From NCBI GenBank assembly GCA_043228905.1, contig JBHGNT010000004.1, forward strand, positions 11,160,001 through 11,224,000: a stretch of DNA of 64,000 bases, in the 5' to 3' direction. Within the stretch, counting starts at the first letter, position 1, and each line of letters starts with the position of its first letter. This stretch comes from Azolla caroliniana. Taxonomy: Eukaryota; Plantae; Polypodiophyta. The notes below the pieces were generated by a model, which ran no database searches, was not told where the DNA came from, and saw only the letters and a list, made by a program, of their open reading frames with translations. Made by a program: the position numbers and the translations under genes. Of the stretch, positions 49,630 to 62,500 are shown piece by piece.

Positions 49630-49790
49630 TAAAGTGAGGATGATAGAGATGTCTTGATTTTTAAGAAGCATCCCAAAAGTATGAATGTGATACAATGCAA
49701 ATATCGCAACCATACTTATGTTGGTGGTTCACAATGGATTAGAGTCTACTTATTGGGATTGAGAATGAATCAATATATAATATATGCCAT
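49630..49790 (+). pseudogene. Relic of a hAT-type transposase BED zinc finger
   Basis: Translates VIQCKYRNHTYVGGSQWIRVYLLG, resembling the CxxC...GG..RI..HL BED finger; short and decayed. Confidence 0.45.
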
Positions 49791-50283
49791 AGTCAATCCA
49801 ATCCAACTTTGAGATGATTTACCATACACGTTTGATTGAATCATTCTCGAATGTGAATGCACATATGATACGTATGGTTCATTCTATGCCTATAATAGAT
49901 TTGAGTGACCTTAAGATTTATTTACTTCCAGTTTTTAAAGTTATGAAGCAAACGATATGCCTCTTAAGTAAATTAAGCATTATACTTATTCTAATAATTG
50001 TATAATCAACATGCATATGCATAAATTAAGGGTGCAAGGAAAATGGATCTGCCAATAAACTAACCTCTTAATGTAACCAAAAAATCAAAAGTAGCTGACA
50101 CTCTTGAGTGAATGCATAATTAGCATAACTTTAGTGTATAAGAGAATCACAGAAACTCGTCATGTAAGATAGCTGGAAATCATTCAAATTTGGAATGAAT
50201 TTTGGCTGAATACTTTGAATTACAAGAGAGAAGAATGTTCCTCGGATGACAAGACTACCTACTATTCTCTATGCATAAATTGA

Positions 50284-50538
50284 TCATTCCAACATAGATG
50301 CAGGCTTCATTCTCTTTTGCTTCCTCTTCTTTGTGGCATTTGCTTTTACTTCTCTGCTCCGCTTTTTATTCAATGACTTGGTTAGCAAGGACGGACTATC
50401 CCGTAGACCAAAACTTTTTGCCACATGACCCAGATGTAATTTCCTCACCTGGAAAATTGTTTTAAGATCTCCCTTGTAGGTTGTATATGCACGTACATAT
50501 GACCTGAATGCATCAGCTGCAAGCTCCTTCATACTGGC
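50284..50538 (-). CDS. RH17: RH17-like helicase exon 10 (terminal)
   Basis: AFRSYVRAY...[12 protein letters not shown], basic tail, TGA. Confidence 0.92.
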   Translation of the reverse strand, partial: ASMKELAADAFRSYVRAYTTYKGDLKTIFQVRKLHLGHVAKSFGLRDSPSLLTKSLNKKRSREVKANATKKRKQKRMKPASMLE

Positions 50539-53500
50539 CTAATTACACATCACACAGAAAATCAGCCTTATTCTTAATAGTCTAAATGGCAGCACAAGAA
50601 ATTTTATATTATAATTGATATGTTCTCACAAAGAAGCATATAGATTTAAGCTTCACGCATGACATAGATAGAGCTCTAGACACACGACATACTTTTAAAT
50701 CGTGACTCAGTCTGATGCAGATTGACCACTAGGAAGCTTTTGATCATTTTCAAAATTTCAGTCAGGAATCAACTGCCATCCTAGAATGAATACCGATCTC
50801 ATGGATAACCCTTTTATACTCAAATTACAGCCTCTCTACCAGGATAAATACTTTGGAAATTCAACCAGCAAGATTATGACACCATATCATTGATATCTTT
50901 CCTTCCTACAACTCATTTGAACTTGGCTGTATTGTCATGCAACTCCCAAGTAAACCATCAAAATTATACTGTTTTATCGTTACCATAGTAACTAAACTGT
51001 TTAATCATTTTTTTACAATGGATTCTCTAGCAAACCAGATAATTTCTTTCCTTATTAAACATTGCCATTTACATGTGCAATGATAAGCAATATGGTTTGT
51101 AGACTCGAAATAATTCATACAGAACTTTACTGAATGCTCACATCCTTAATAAACTGATAAGCATTTTAATTTTCAACTCGTACAGATAGACTGAATCTAC
51201 TCACATGAGTCACAGCTATTAACAAGCAAATTATAAATTGATGATCACGCTGCACAATAAGATTGTCTGATGTCTATTCCTAGCTTACCTGTCTGCTGAC
51301 AAAGGCTTCCAAAGCTTTCTGAAACAGCAGCACATTAGGGTGCATCTCTACTGAAAGATTATCACTTTCAAAGCTACCCACTTTCAACCTTGCAAATGTC
51401 GTTCTCCAAAAATTTGAAAAAGATAAGTCATCGATTGCAACACTATGTTTCTGTAGCTCAGTTAGATATTCTCTTTCACAAGGCTGCAGAAAGAGTAATG
51501 CTTCACCCTTCTTACCGAGACGTGCAGTTCTTCCAACTCTACAGGAAAGAGAGGAAAAATACATTACATTGGATTCTTCAGAAATATTAATTCAAAAATT
51601 ATATCCAGCAACTACATGCATGTAAGGGGCACTCAATAAAAAACTTTTGACCTAGAGCTACATTGTTCAACTGCTGAACTGCAATTCAATGATGCCCAAA
51701 CGATCATACATCCTAAAGATATATGACAGGCTGTTTGGGCATGCAAATTGGTTATAGAGAAGAAAGATCAGAACTAACATATAAATCCATTAGTTTAGGA
51801 TTTACGATACCATGAAGAAAGTTCAGATCCACATTGTTAACCCAGTGATTGAATAGTCGAGAACCAGATATTTACAAGTGATAGCCCTGGATATCAGAAA
51901 TCTGACGGCAACCCCTTGCCTAGCTATCTTTTGATTCTCTACAAATATAAAATTGTACAAATATCGTTCTTCCACATGGAAAACTCCAGAATGAAGAATT
52001 TCTATTGTAGGACCCCTACAAGTTTCCATGCTTAATAGACTGTTAATTTTATAAACTTACCTGAGTTATTTATAAGACCAAGAAGATTTCTACTTGAATA
52101 TTTTCCTTCCAGACAATAGTCATACGTATATTAATCTCAATTTGGTACCTATCATCATGCAAACACTTGCTATTAAGTGAAAGTTTCCAAACATTGCAGA
52201 TGGCATTCCCATACAATATGGAGAATTGGCTGCATTTTGCAATGACTTGAGCTGCAAGATGGATATGTCACACGCTCCTACACAATAGCTCAAGAGTACA
52301 TAAAACAATCATTCTATCACAGTAGGTAACATGCTGCACCAATGACAACTCGGTGAGATGCTTCTTCAGGATCCTTGGTATTTAACAGAACTATTTCCCT
52401 TAACTCAAGAAAATAAAGGGAAAACTATATCACAAAATCTAAGTGGCAATGATACGCACTGATATAATAACATGTAAGAGCGACTGATATTTTGGTAGAG
52501 AAACAGAAATTTTAAGCACTAAATCCTCCACAGTACCTGTGCACATATTCATTAGGATCACCAGGTGGGTCGTATTGTAAAATATGAGTGACTTTTGGTA
52601 TATCTAAACCCCTTGCCGCCACATCAGTACACAATAGTAGAGCTGAATCTTCTTTATTAAACTCAAAAAATGTATTTGTTCTTTCTTTCTGAGACATGTT
52701 TCCGTGTAAACGTAAACTTTTGCATGCAAGAAATCCTCTCTCCGTTTCTCGTTCTCCACTTGGAGAGAAGGTCCACAAAAAATCATTTAGCAGGGCATAG
52801 TGGAAGTCCACAGAATCGCATGTCGATAGAAATACAACTACCTAAAAAAACAAGTTTCATATAAGCCTCATTGAAAAACATAATATCCAGAAAAATGAGC
52901 TACCTGTAATAATAATAATAATAATCCCATCACTTCCACTGATTTAGAAATCCTTGACATAAACTAGAACTTTGTATGATATACGAGTTATTGGTTGGTA
53001 CCTTGTGTCTATGTCTATTGGTCACATCCAAGTACATGCGTAAGATCATCAATAATGTAACCAACCGCAAGTTGCCAGGCACTGAAATTGAATCAAGTTA
53101 ACGTTAAAATGTCCGAAAAAAAAGTATACTTTATTGACATTTGAAAAATAAGCAAATTGAAAAGCACATCCCCAAAGAAATTTTAAGACATTTGTCTACT
53201 GAAACTTTACCTGTCATATATCTCTGTACCAACTGTACAGGCACATTGTACTCGAGAGGAGCTTGAACATCATTATCTCTATTGCCTCCATTATTATGTA
53301 GAGAAAACGTTCCTGATTCAGAGGATAAATTGGCACTCTTCTTAGGTAGTTCTGTTAGGCCCACAGTAACTGGATTTCTGAGGCTTAGGGATGCAAGTTC
53401 CATCACTCCATCACCCAAGGTCGCAGATAGTAAGAGATGTTGCCGATGCCTTCCTCTATTTCTTGGATGTGTTTTTGGATTGCCAACCGGCTGAGAATCA

Positions 53501-56500
53501 AGAATTGACAGAATGCTCTTTATATCCTTGCCAAAGCCTAGATCCAGAAGCCTGGAACACCACAGAAATAACTTAAGCCCATTGTATCAAGTTCCCAATT
53601 GTCCTCTTATATTGTAATGGAATTATTAGCAGCCACATGGATAAATAACAGACTCAAGAAACACTTCACTTTGACTATCATTTTCTATGATGTGTTTAAC
53701 GTATCCTATCTTCTTGAGAAAGAACTTCTTTTTTTATCATTGATAATTTAATTAGTATTTAATTCTTGAAATACAAGCTTTAGTGTTGCTTCTATGAGGC
53801 AAGCCAAACCTACTCAAACTATATTCAATGGAATGTTCATGAACAAGGGCTGGATATCAAAAAAATATTATGTAAGACCATATGGTATTCCCAAAAACTT
53901 ATTTAGTCCAAACTAATCTTGAAGTATAGTAGCTACTCATTGAATCAATTTATACTAAAGATTTCGAAAGACTCCATTTAATTCAAAATGCCATCACTTT
54001 GACTATCTCTAAATAATCCTATAAAGTGTGATGAGATCGATTGACTAAAGATTTTGAAAAACTTCATTTAACTCAAAATGCCATCACTTTGGTAATGTCT
54101 ACATAGTCCTACTAAGAATGATGCCCATATAAAATAATCCATTTTCTCATTGGTTAAAAGACTTTGCCCATCATAAACGATAAATTTTTCGTGATCCGTG
54201 ACTGTTTCTTGGCAGAATGATTTGGCACAAGAATAATTCCTCCTTTTAGAGACCATCCTTAGTTTAAGAATAATATCTCCGACTATCAGTAATGACTCTA
54301 TATCATTGACCTTTTATCAATCATAGAACATGAATACTTGAAAGATAGTCTGATTATTAAACCTTCTATCCAATATGATAATCAGCATGTTTCACAGATA
54401 AATAAGAATATTAAATATGAAAATGGAGCCCATAAAACGCATTGAAACTTAATTAGACCTGTCAGCTTCATCAAATACTATCCATTGCAAATTTGCCCGA
54501 TCAAAACATGAGGTGTTTTGCAAGTGGTCCAACAATCTCCCAGGAGTAGCAACCAAGACAGTTATACCTGTCATGTTAAAGAAGAACTGTGAATTAGCAG
54601 GTATAAGTAAAATGCATATGCATTACGCACAGAGAACTGATAATCATCCTAAACCAATAGACAAAAATAAAAAGAAACCAGATGTATAACAGGATTCTTC
54701 AAAAGCAATTCCCTTTCCTTTGTTAAGGACAAAACTGTACATATGCAAACTATCATTGGGCCAAGGAAGATCTGCGTGTCTGTGGAGTTCCACAGAAAAT
54801 TGATAGGTATCATGCTATAAATGTACAATAACTTCGTCAATTTGGTAGGAGGATGCATATTATGTATGAGTATACCTTCATGGTTCATGTCATACATGAA
54901 CAATGAAGTAATAAGTTCAATCACGTCAAGTGCACTTAAGTGGTCTTCTTTGAGTGGGTTTACACGTCCAACACATTGTTAGATACATAGGTTTCATGTT
55001 TCAAGATTTTGAGTCTGTTTTCTGCTTTATATATGTAAATTAAGAATCATCTATTATTAAGCTTAGATTTGATTAATGGTAAACAGGCATAAATAAATAT
55101 GTAGTATATCCCAAATTCCCAACCGTTATAAATTGTAACGAAGTAATATGTTCCAAATCATTATTTTGCATCCCTTTTCTATGTTTAGATTTCTATTTGG
55201 AAAACTATTCATCTATGATACCCTTTCACTATTCCAGAGGGCTGTTTTTTTTTCATTTTAGGGTTTGTAAACCCTAAACCCTAAACCCTAAACCCATAAC
55301 CGCAACCCATTGGTTTTGCAAGCTTGCAAACATGACCCTTGTCTACGTTTGACCTAGGAAAAAGTATCATCATCTTTGATTTCTTTGTCATTACTATGGT
55401 TTCCTTTTTCTTCATTTTAGGTTTTGCCTCACATTTCACCAAGTCAATCTAAACACTGGTGCATGGTAATGGATTGCAAAGGTTTTGTAGCATCACAAAC
55501 ACAATCTGAGGTTGTAATACTCAAAATGTTTTCAAAAATTTGTCCTGTGAAATTTTCAAGTTTTAAACATGTTACTTTGGTTTTTTCCAAATGCCTATTA
55601 TTATATTTTTCAACATTTCTCTTTTGCTTTCAGTTTTTAGACAAAAACAAATTGCATGAAAGTTCCTAGCATCTCAGTTACAAGAGCTTTCAGTTTTTAG
55701 ACAGAAGTGGTTCTCTTTTGTGGCCTCACCACTTCTGGTGTTTCTGTCCTCTACTGTGGCTCCTTCTCTAGCATCAGTTCATAAGTCAACCATTTGCCAC
55801 CACCTCCTATCAGGTTATGCTCTTGGAAACATTGTTGTAAAATACTTAGCATAAAATACGCATACAATACGTATTCTAAGTATTCTACAAGTATTCTAAC
55901 TTCTTTTTTTTAATACTTAGAATACGTATTTTATAGATCAAGTACATTAAATACGTAGAATACTTGTAAAATACATTAAATAATTCGTAAGTTTTAAAGT
56001 TTTTTTTTTCAAAAAAAATAAAATATTTTTGAAATGATAAATACCTGTTAAATACGTTGAATACGTAGAATACGTAGAAAATTTAGAATACATAGAATAC
56101 GCCAAATTTTAAAAAACGGCAGTTCTAAAACGTAGAATACGTGTAGAATACTTCAGAGTATTCTAAAACGTAGAATACGTGTAGAATACTTCAGAGTATT
56201 CTAAAATGTAGAATACGTGTAGAATACTTCAGAGTATTCTAAAACGTAGAATACGCATTTTTTAACAACTATGCTTGGAAACAGGTGTTTGACATATAGA
56301 GATATGTGAGAAAAGCTGTTAATAGCAGCAGCGGAAGACTTAAAACAAAATAGGCACAGCCAAGCTGTGAGAAGGCTGTTAGACAGCAGCAGAAAAAATG
56401 GTTGCAAAGAGTAGAGACACAGCCAAGGAATAGAGCTTGTTTTAAGTAGCAAAAAAGAAAATGAAAACTTATACAAAAGAGGCTGGTATAGCCTATTTAT

Positions 56501-59500
56501 ACAAAATTGGGGAATGTGGGTGAAATGGCTGTTTGGTAGTTAAGTGACTCTTGTATTACCAAACAGGTACAAAAAACTAGGAATATCTTGGAAAAGGTAG
56601 AAGAGAGAAAAGGCATTTAAAGCATTGCAGATTCTAGAGAGAGAAGGCATTTAAAGAGTTGCAGATTCTAGAGAGAAGAATCTGAGAAAAGAGAGAATGT
56701 AGTACAAAGATAATAAATATGAAAGAGAGTGCAAGGCTGGAGCTGCCACCCTCCAACACCTCCTCTCAACTCCAGAACGGCAGTTCAACATTGAGTCGAT
56801 CAAGGAGCTGATCAATGGCTTGCCTTGGAAGTGGCTTAGTAAATAAATCAGCCACATTTTCTTGAGTAGGGCAATATGCCAAGTTGATGACTTGTGATTT
56901 CACTAAGTCACGAACAAAATGGTAGTGCACTTCGATGTGTTTTGTTCTACCATGAAATGCTGAGCTATGTGCCAAGGCACGTGCACTTTGGCTGTCGGTG
57001 AAAACTGCAATAGGAGAGGCTTGCAAAACACCAATGTGAGAAAACAATTGCATCAACCATAGCAACTCACGGCAAGTATCCAAGTAGGCGCGATATTCAG
57101 CTTCCGTCGATGAAGTAGAAACTGAGTTTTGCTTCTTCGATTTCCAAGAAATCAAGCCTGAACCTAACATAAAACAATAGCCAGATGTGGACCTTCTAGA
57201 ATCAATATCACCTGCCCAATCAGCATCTGAGTAGCCAACAAGCTCAATGCCGCCTCTAAAAGATAGACCATAGTCGAGTGTGTTGGCCAAATACCGAAGA
57301 ACTCGAATAGCTGCTTGCCAATGACTTTGTCTTGGAGCAGTTGAGAATTGGCTGAGAATACTCACGCTATAGGACAAATCAGGCCTGGTATAAGTTAAGT
57401 GAAGAAGGGACCCAATTAATCTCCTATATTTCGTGATATCCTCAAATATGGGAGAATCGTCTTCACGAGATAGCTTTGAGTTTGGATCCATTGGACAGGA
57501 GAGTGGCTTGCAATTTGTCATGCTATAGGTCTCAAGGAGCTGCCTGAGATACCTATGTTGGCTGAGAAAGATACCACCATGTGATTGATAGACCTCCATA
57601 CCTATAAAATAATGGAGAAGTCCTAGATCAGTCATTTCAAAGGTTGTTTTGAGGTCAGCGCGGACCTCCTCGATTTTAGATGCAAGGGACCCTGTAATTA
57701 GAAGGTCGTTAACATATAATATGATCAAGCAAAGCAAATTATCTTGGGAAAAAACATAGAGATTGCTGTCAGCATTACAGTTTTGAAACCCAAGAGAAAG
57801 AAAGAAGCTATCAATTTTGTCATGCCAAGCTTTGGGAGCTTGCTTTAAGCCATACAAGGCTTTGTGTAACTTGTAGACCATGTTTTTCTGCTCTAAAACC
57901 TCGAAACTTGGAGGCTGTTCAACATAAACCTCCTCTTTCAAGTCACCGTTAAGGAAGGCTGACTTGACATCCATTTGAAAAATGGCCCATTTGTTGTGAG
58001 CAGCAAGTGCAAGCGCACATCGGATAGATGTGTACCTTGCTGTTGGAGCAAAAGTCTCCTCATAATCCACTCCTTCAACTTGTGAGTAGCCTTTTGCCAC
58101 TAAACGTGCCTTGTGCTTATCCAAAGTACCATCAGCATGGTATTTGGTCTTGAAAATCCATTTCAATCCAATGACTTGTCGATGTGGAGGCCGTGGGACC
58201 AACTCCCATGTATGATTCCGCTCAATGGAATCAAGTTCAACTTCCATTGCTGCTTTCCACTTTGGAAGAACAAGGGCCTCTTTTGCTGTTGTGGGTTCTT
58301 TTGATTGCACAACAGTGCACAATAAGGCAAAGTTGCATGAGTGAAGAGGCCGTTGTGACTTACGTGTTCGAGAACCAGATGTATACTCATGAAGTTCAGC
58401 ATCGGAGAGATGAGAATCACGAATGGTGGCTTGAAGCCACTTGGGAAGTGGTGGAAGCTGGTTTGTAGAGGGAGTGGAAACAAGTGGAGTTGAGGGAGAG
58501 GTTTGAATTGTTGGCGAAGTTAGAGATTGAGTAGGAGGAGATGGGGGGCTTGAAGATGAGACATCTTCGTCTAAAATAGGAGATTCCGAAGGAGCTTGGA
58601 TTTCAACCATGAACTCAGGTAAAATCCTAGAGTCATCCGGCTGAGACTCCACAAAATGAACATCCCTAGATATGACTAGGGACTTTGACTCGAAATCCCA
58701 TAACCTGTATGCTTTAGATTGTGTGTTGTAACCAAGAAATTTGCATTTCTTGGTTTTGGACTCAAATTTAGTCCTTTTATGATCTGAAATGTGAACATAA
58801 GCATCACAACCAAAGACTTTAAAATGAGATACTGAGGGCTTTACACCTGTAAATGCTTCTTCAAGCGTCATTCTAGCAACTGCTTTTGTTGGGCAGCAGT
58901 TGATGATGTAGACTGCTGTGTTGACAGCTTCACCCCAAAACGAGAGAGGAAGATCAGATTGAGATAGCATCGTACGAGCCATCTCTTGGACTGTCCGGTT
59001 CTTCCTTTCCACAACTCCATTTTGTTGAGGAGTATTGGGTGTAGAAAATTGGCGAGCAATGCCTCGTTGAGAGCAAAAATGGTGGAAAGCTTTGGAGATA
59101 AACTCTCCACCATTGTCCGACCTGATCTTTCGAACTTTCTTCGATGTCTCGTTCTCCACGAGAGCTACCCATTCTTGAAATTTTGCGAAGGCTTGGGATT
59201 TTTCTACAAGAAAATAAACCCAAACCTTGCGGGAGAAGTCATCAATTATAAGCATGAAGTAGCGTGCACCACCAAGAGTAGTGGTTTTCATGGGACCACA
59301 AAGATCCATGTGCACTAACTCCAAGATAGATGTTGCTCGGTGAGTGGCTTCATGAGGGAAAGGCTCTCGATGTTGCTTGCCATGAAGACAAGCAACACAT
59401 GGGGTATTGGGAGATTTGAAAATAGGAAGACCCTCAACTAGTTGGGAGGAGGAGAGCTTTTGAAGAGAATCATAGTTGAGATGACCAAACCTAGCATGCC

Positions 59501-62500
59501 ACAACGTGGGATCTTCTTGTGCCACCAAGGCATGAGAGCCTTGAAGAAGATGAAGAAGATGAAGAAGATGAGATTTGGAGTTTTCCAAGGGGCTATGGGA
59601 GCTTTTTAGGCGATATAAACCCCCTTCTTGTGTGCCACTAGCTACAATTTGTAGGCTGTTGGTGTCAATCACTTCCAAAACTGAGCTATCAAAGTAGACT
59701 CCATAACCTTGCTTGGTGATTTTGTAAACCGAAAGTAGGTTGGTAGAGATGCGAGGCACATGTAGCACATCTTGAAGAACGACAGGTTCTTCACTTGAAG
59801 AATTGTCAAGAACCACATTACCCACACATGAAGCCTCAATGCTTGAGGCATCTCCTATAGAGATTTGGGAAGAGCTAGGCTTCACATCATGCAAAATGGA
59901 TTTGTCATAGGTCATGTGTGAAGTGGCACCACTATCTACTAACCACTCATCGATGGTTGAAGTAGTTGGTCCAGCCAAATGTGAAGTATGTTCCTCAATG
60001 CCAAGGAAAACTGTTTCTTTGGCTGAGTGGGCCGAGTTGGATTTCGGTGTAGGTTGATTTCTGGTAGAAGAAGAGTTCTTAGCATTGTCCCTTTTCTTTT
60101 TCTTAGCATTGTCCCTTTTCTTTTTCCGACAATCTGGCTGAATGTGACCTTTGTAGCCACAATAATGACAAGTGAGCTCCTTGTAAGCTGGGTTGTTTGG
60201 CGGTCTTGGATTGGGTTTGTTGTAGGAGTTACCATTTTGCTTCCACTTGCCTTTACTTGTCGCATGTAGAAGCGTCTCATTGGAAGTTTGAGCACTTTTC
60301 TTCCTTGTTGCCCTATCTTGTAGCATACCAAGAAATGTATTCATGTCAGGTGTGTTGGGAAGAAGAGAAATGGTGTCACAAAAGGCTGAGAATGACTCAG
60401 GCAACTTTATCATTAGACGATGCACAAACTCAACTTCAGTGGACTTGCTTCCCAAAGAAACTAGTTCCTTTTGGAGAGTGACAAATTCCGTTATTTGATC
60501 CATGATGTTGGGAGTGTCATGAATCTTGAGATTTGCTAGTTGGCTTTCAATAGCTATCATTTGAGCATGATTAGCTCGATGATACCTCCTTTTGATGGCT
60601 GTCCATAGTTCATTGGCTGTCTCGTCATCTTTATCTTGCAATTGACGAGCGATGCTCGGTTTAATATTAAACATGAGGAAAGCATGAGCACGAGAATCCT
60701 TATCTAGCCACGCTTCAATCTCAGCGTTAGATGAGCCAGCAACTGATTTGGTTGAAGAGGATGAAGTTACTGGTGGTTTCTTGTCACTACCATTGACTAC
60801 ATTCCATAAACGATGGTATTGTAGCAAGGTCTTTATTTGTAGCTCCCAATCCAAGTAATTGTTCCCATCCAAGATGGATTCTTTGGGGAGTTGGGGAATG
60901 GTTGATGAAACAATGGTGGCATGTGAGGCCATGGATATCCTCCTCTTGAGCTACAGCTGGACAATTTACAGCAGTTGTAAGTAGATACTCAGGGTCTTTC
61001 TACTTCTCCCTAGATGCTAGGTGAGGCTCAGATAAGGGGAAAAGAAAACAGAAGAGCCTCCTCTGTAGGGTTGGGAGGGAGGGATAAAAGAAGATAGGTC
61101 TGTGTGCTCTTTGGCAAAAAAAAAAAATCAGGCTATATGGAGACCTCACTGCTCTGATACCATGTGAGAAAAGCTGTTAATAGCAGCAGCGGAAGACTTA
61201 AAACAAAATAGGCACAGCCAAGCTGTGAGAAGGCTGTTAGACAGCAGCAGAAAAAATGGTTGCAAAGAGTAGAGACACAGCCAAGGAATAGAGCTTGTTT
61301 TAAGTAGCAAAAAAGAAAATGAAAACTTATACAAAAGAGGCTGGTATAGCCTATTTATACAAAATTGGGGAATGTGGGTGAAATGGCTGTTTGGTAGTTA
61401 AGTGACTCTTGTATTACCAAACAGGTACAAAAAACTAGGAATATCTTGGAAAAGGTAGAAGAGAGAAAAGGCATTTAAAGCATTGCAGATTCTAGAGAGA
61501 GAAGGCATTTAAAGAGTTGCAGATTCTAGAGAGAGAAGAATCTGAGAAAAGAGAGAATGTAGTACAAAGATAATAAATATGAAAGAGAGTGCAAGGCTGG
61601 AGCTGCCACCCTCCAACAAGATATTGACGCTACAAAGAGTATATAGATACACTACAAAAGTCGAGAATATGTCAAATCATAGATTACCACATCTTGCTTG
61701 GAATGTTGAATGTAAACTACAAAAGAATCACAAGAGAAAAATTCTCTCATCTGGTTGGATAGTTGACATTGAAAAATGGTTTATAAGATGGGACGTGCAA
61801 GATCTCTTAGAGCTTTCAGGTGATGCTATGAAATATGAAGTTATTGAGGAAAGATTAATGGAAGCACTAAGGAAGAAAGTGGTAAGATGCTAAAAGGACA
61901 AAATTAGAATATTACATTGCAAACATCAATCCTGAATGTTGGGTTCTATATAAGGCAAGAAGGCCCATTGACCATATTCAACCTTCATTGCTTACATGAG
62001 TATTAACTCTCATGGAGCCCTAACACTCCTTCACACTCAATCACACAGCCTAGGTATTGTAGTTGCATTATGGAATCAAAAACAGGCAAATATAGAGGCA
62101 TGTATGGTTTGCAAGGAAGGGCTAGTAGAGGAGGAGTATCACTTGCTTTTTACATGTTTTGCATATAGTTGTACTTCATGAAAGCTATAATGATATATTG
62201 AATGACTTAAGTGTCACGCTAAAGATAACACCTAGACGGTTGAGCTCATGTGTGTATGCCTTATTCACACATCAAGACTTTGTGATTTGAAGTATGAATA
62301 TCCCTTCTTAGGAAGGAGACACACATTAAGAAAACTTTTGTCCTTAGGTGCCATGGGTCAACATTGGCCTCTCTATGGATGCGAAAAAAATCTATATACC
62401 TATCTTATGGAAAAAAATCTCTCCATGTAATGCCCTATTCTCTGTTGTCTAAGAATGATGAGTCCTTGCATTAATCTTAAAAGATGCAAAATTACGTAAT

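Larger units (their letters stand above)
56305..61618 (-). mobile_element. Full-length, very young Ty1/copia LTR retrotransposon in intron 4 of the helicase gene
   Basis: LTRs 61163-61618 and 56305-56758 (only a 2-bp GA slip seen), 5-bp TSD AGATA, iMet PBS 61151-61162, PPT GAGAGGAGG at ~56759-56767, single ORF. Confidence 0.97.
55790..62260 (+). pseudogene. 3' relic of a LINE, split by the MITE and the copia element
   Basis: After removing the inserts it reads [24 protein letters not shown]...RLP..AW and ends [19 protein letters not shown], a LINE ORF2 C-terminal zinc-finger pattern. Confidence 0.65.

Noticed and set aside
53935-54090. About 50-bp direct duplication in intron 5
   Set aside because: No TIR, TSD or coding signal; ordinary local duplication.
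56123-56255. About 39-bp direct repeats resembling a CRISPR array
   Set aside because: No unique spacers, no cas genes, eukaryotic context; they are subterminal repeats of a hAT MITE.
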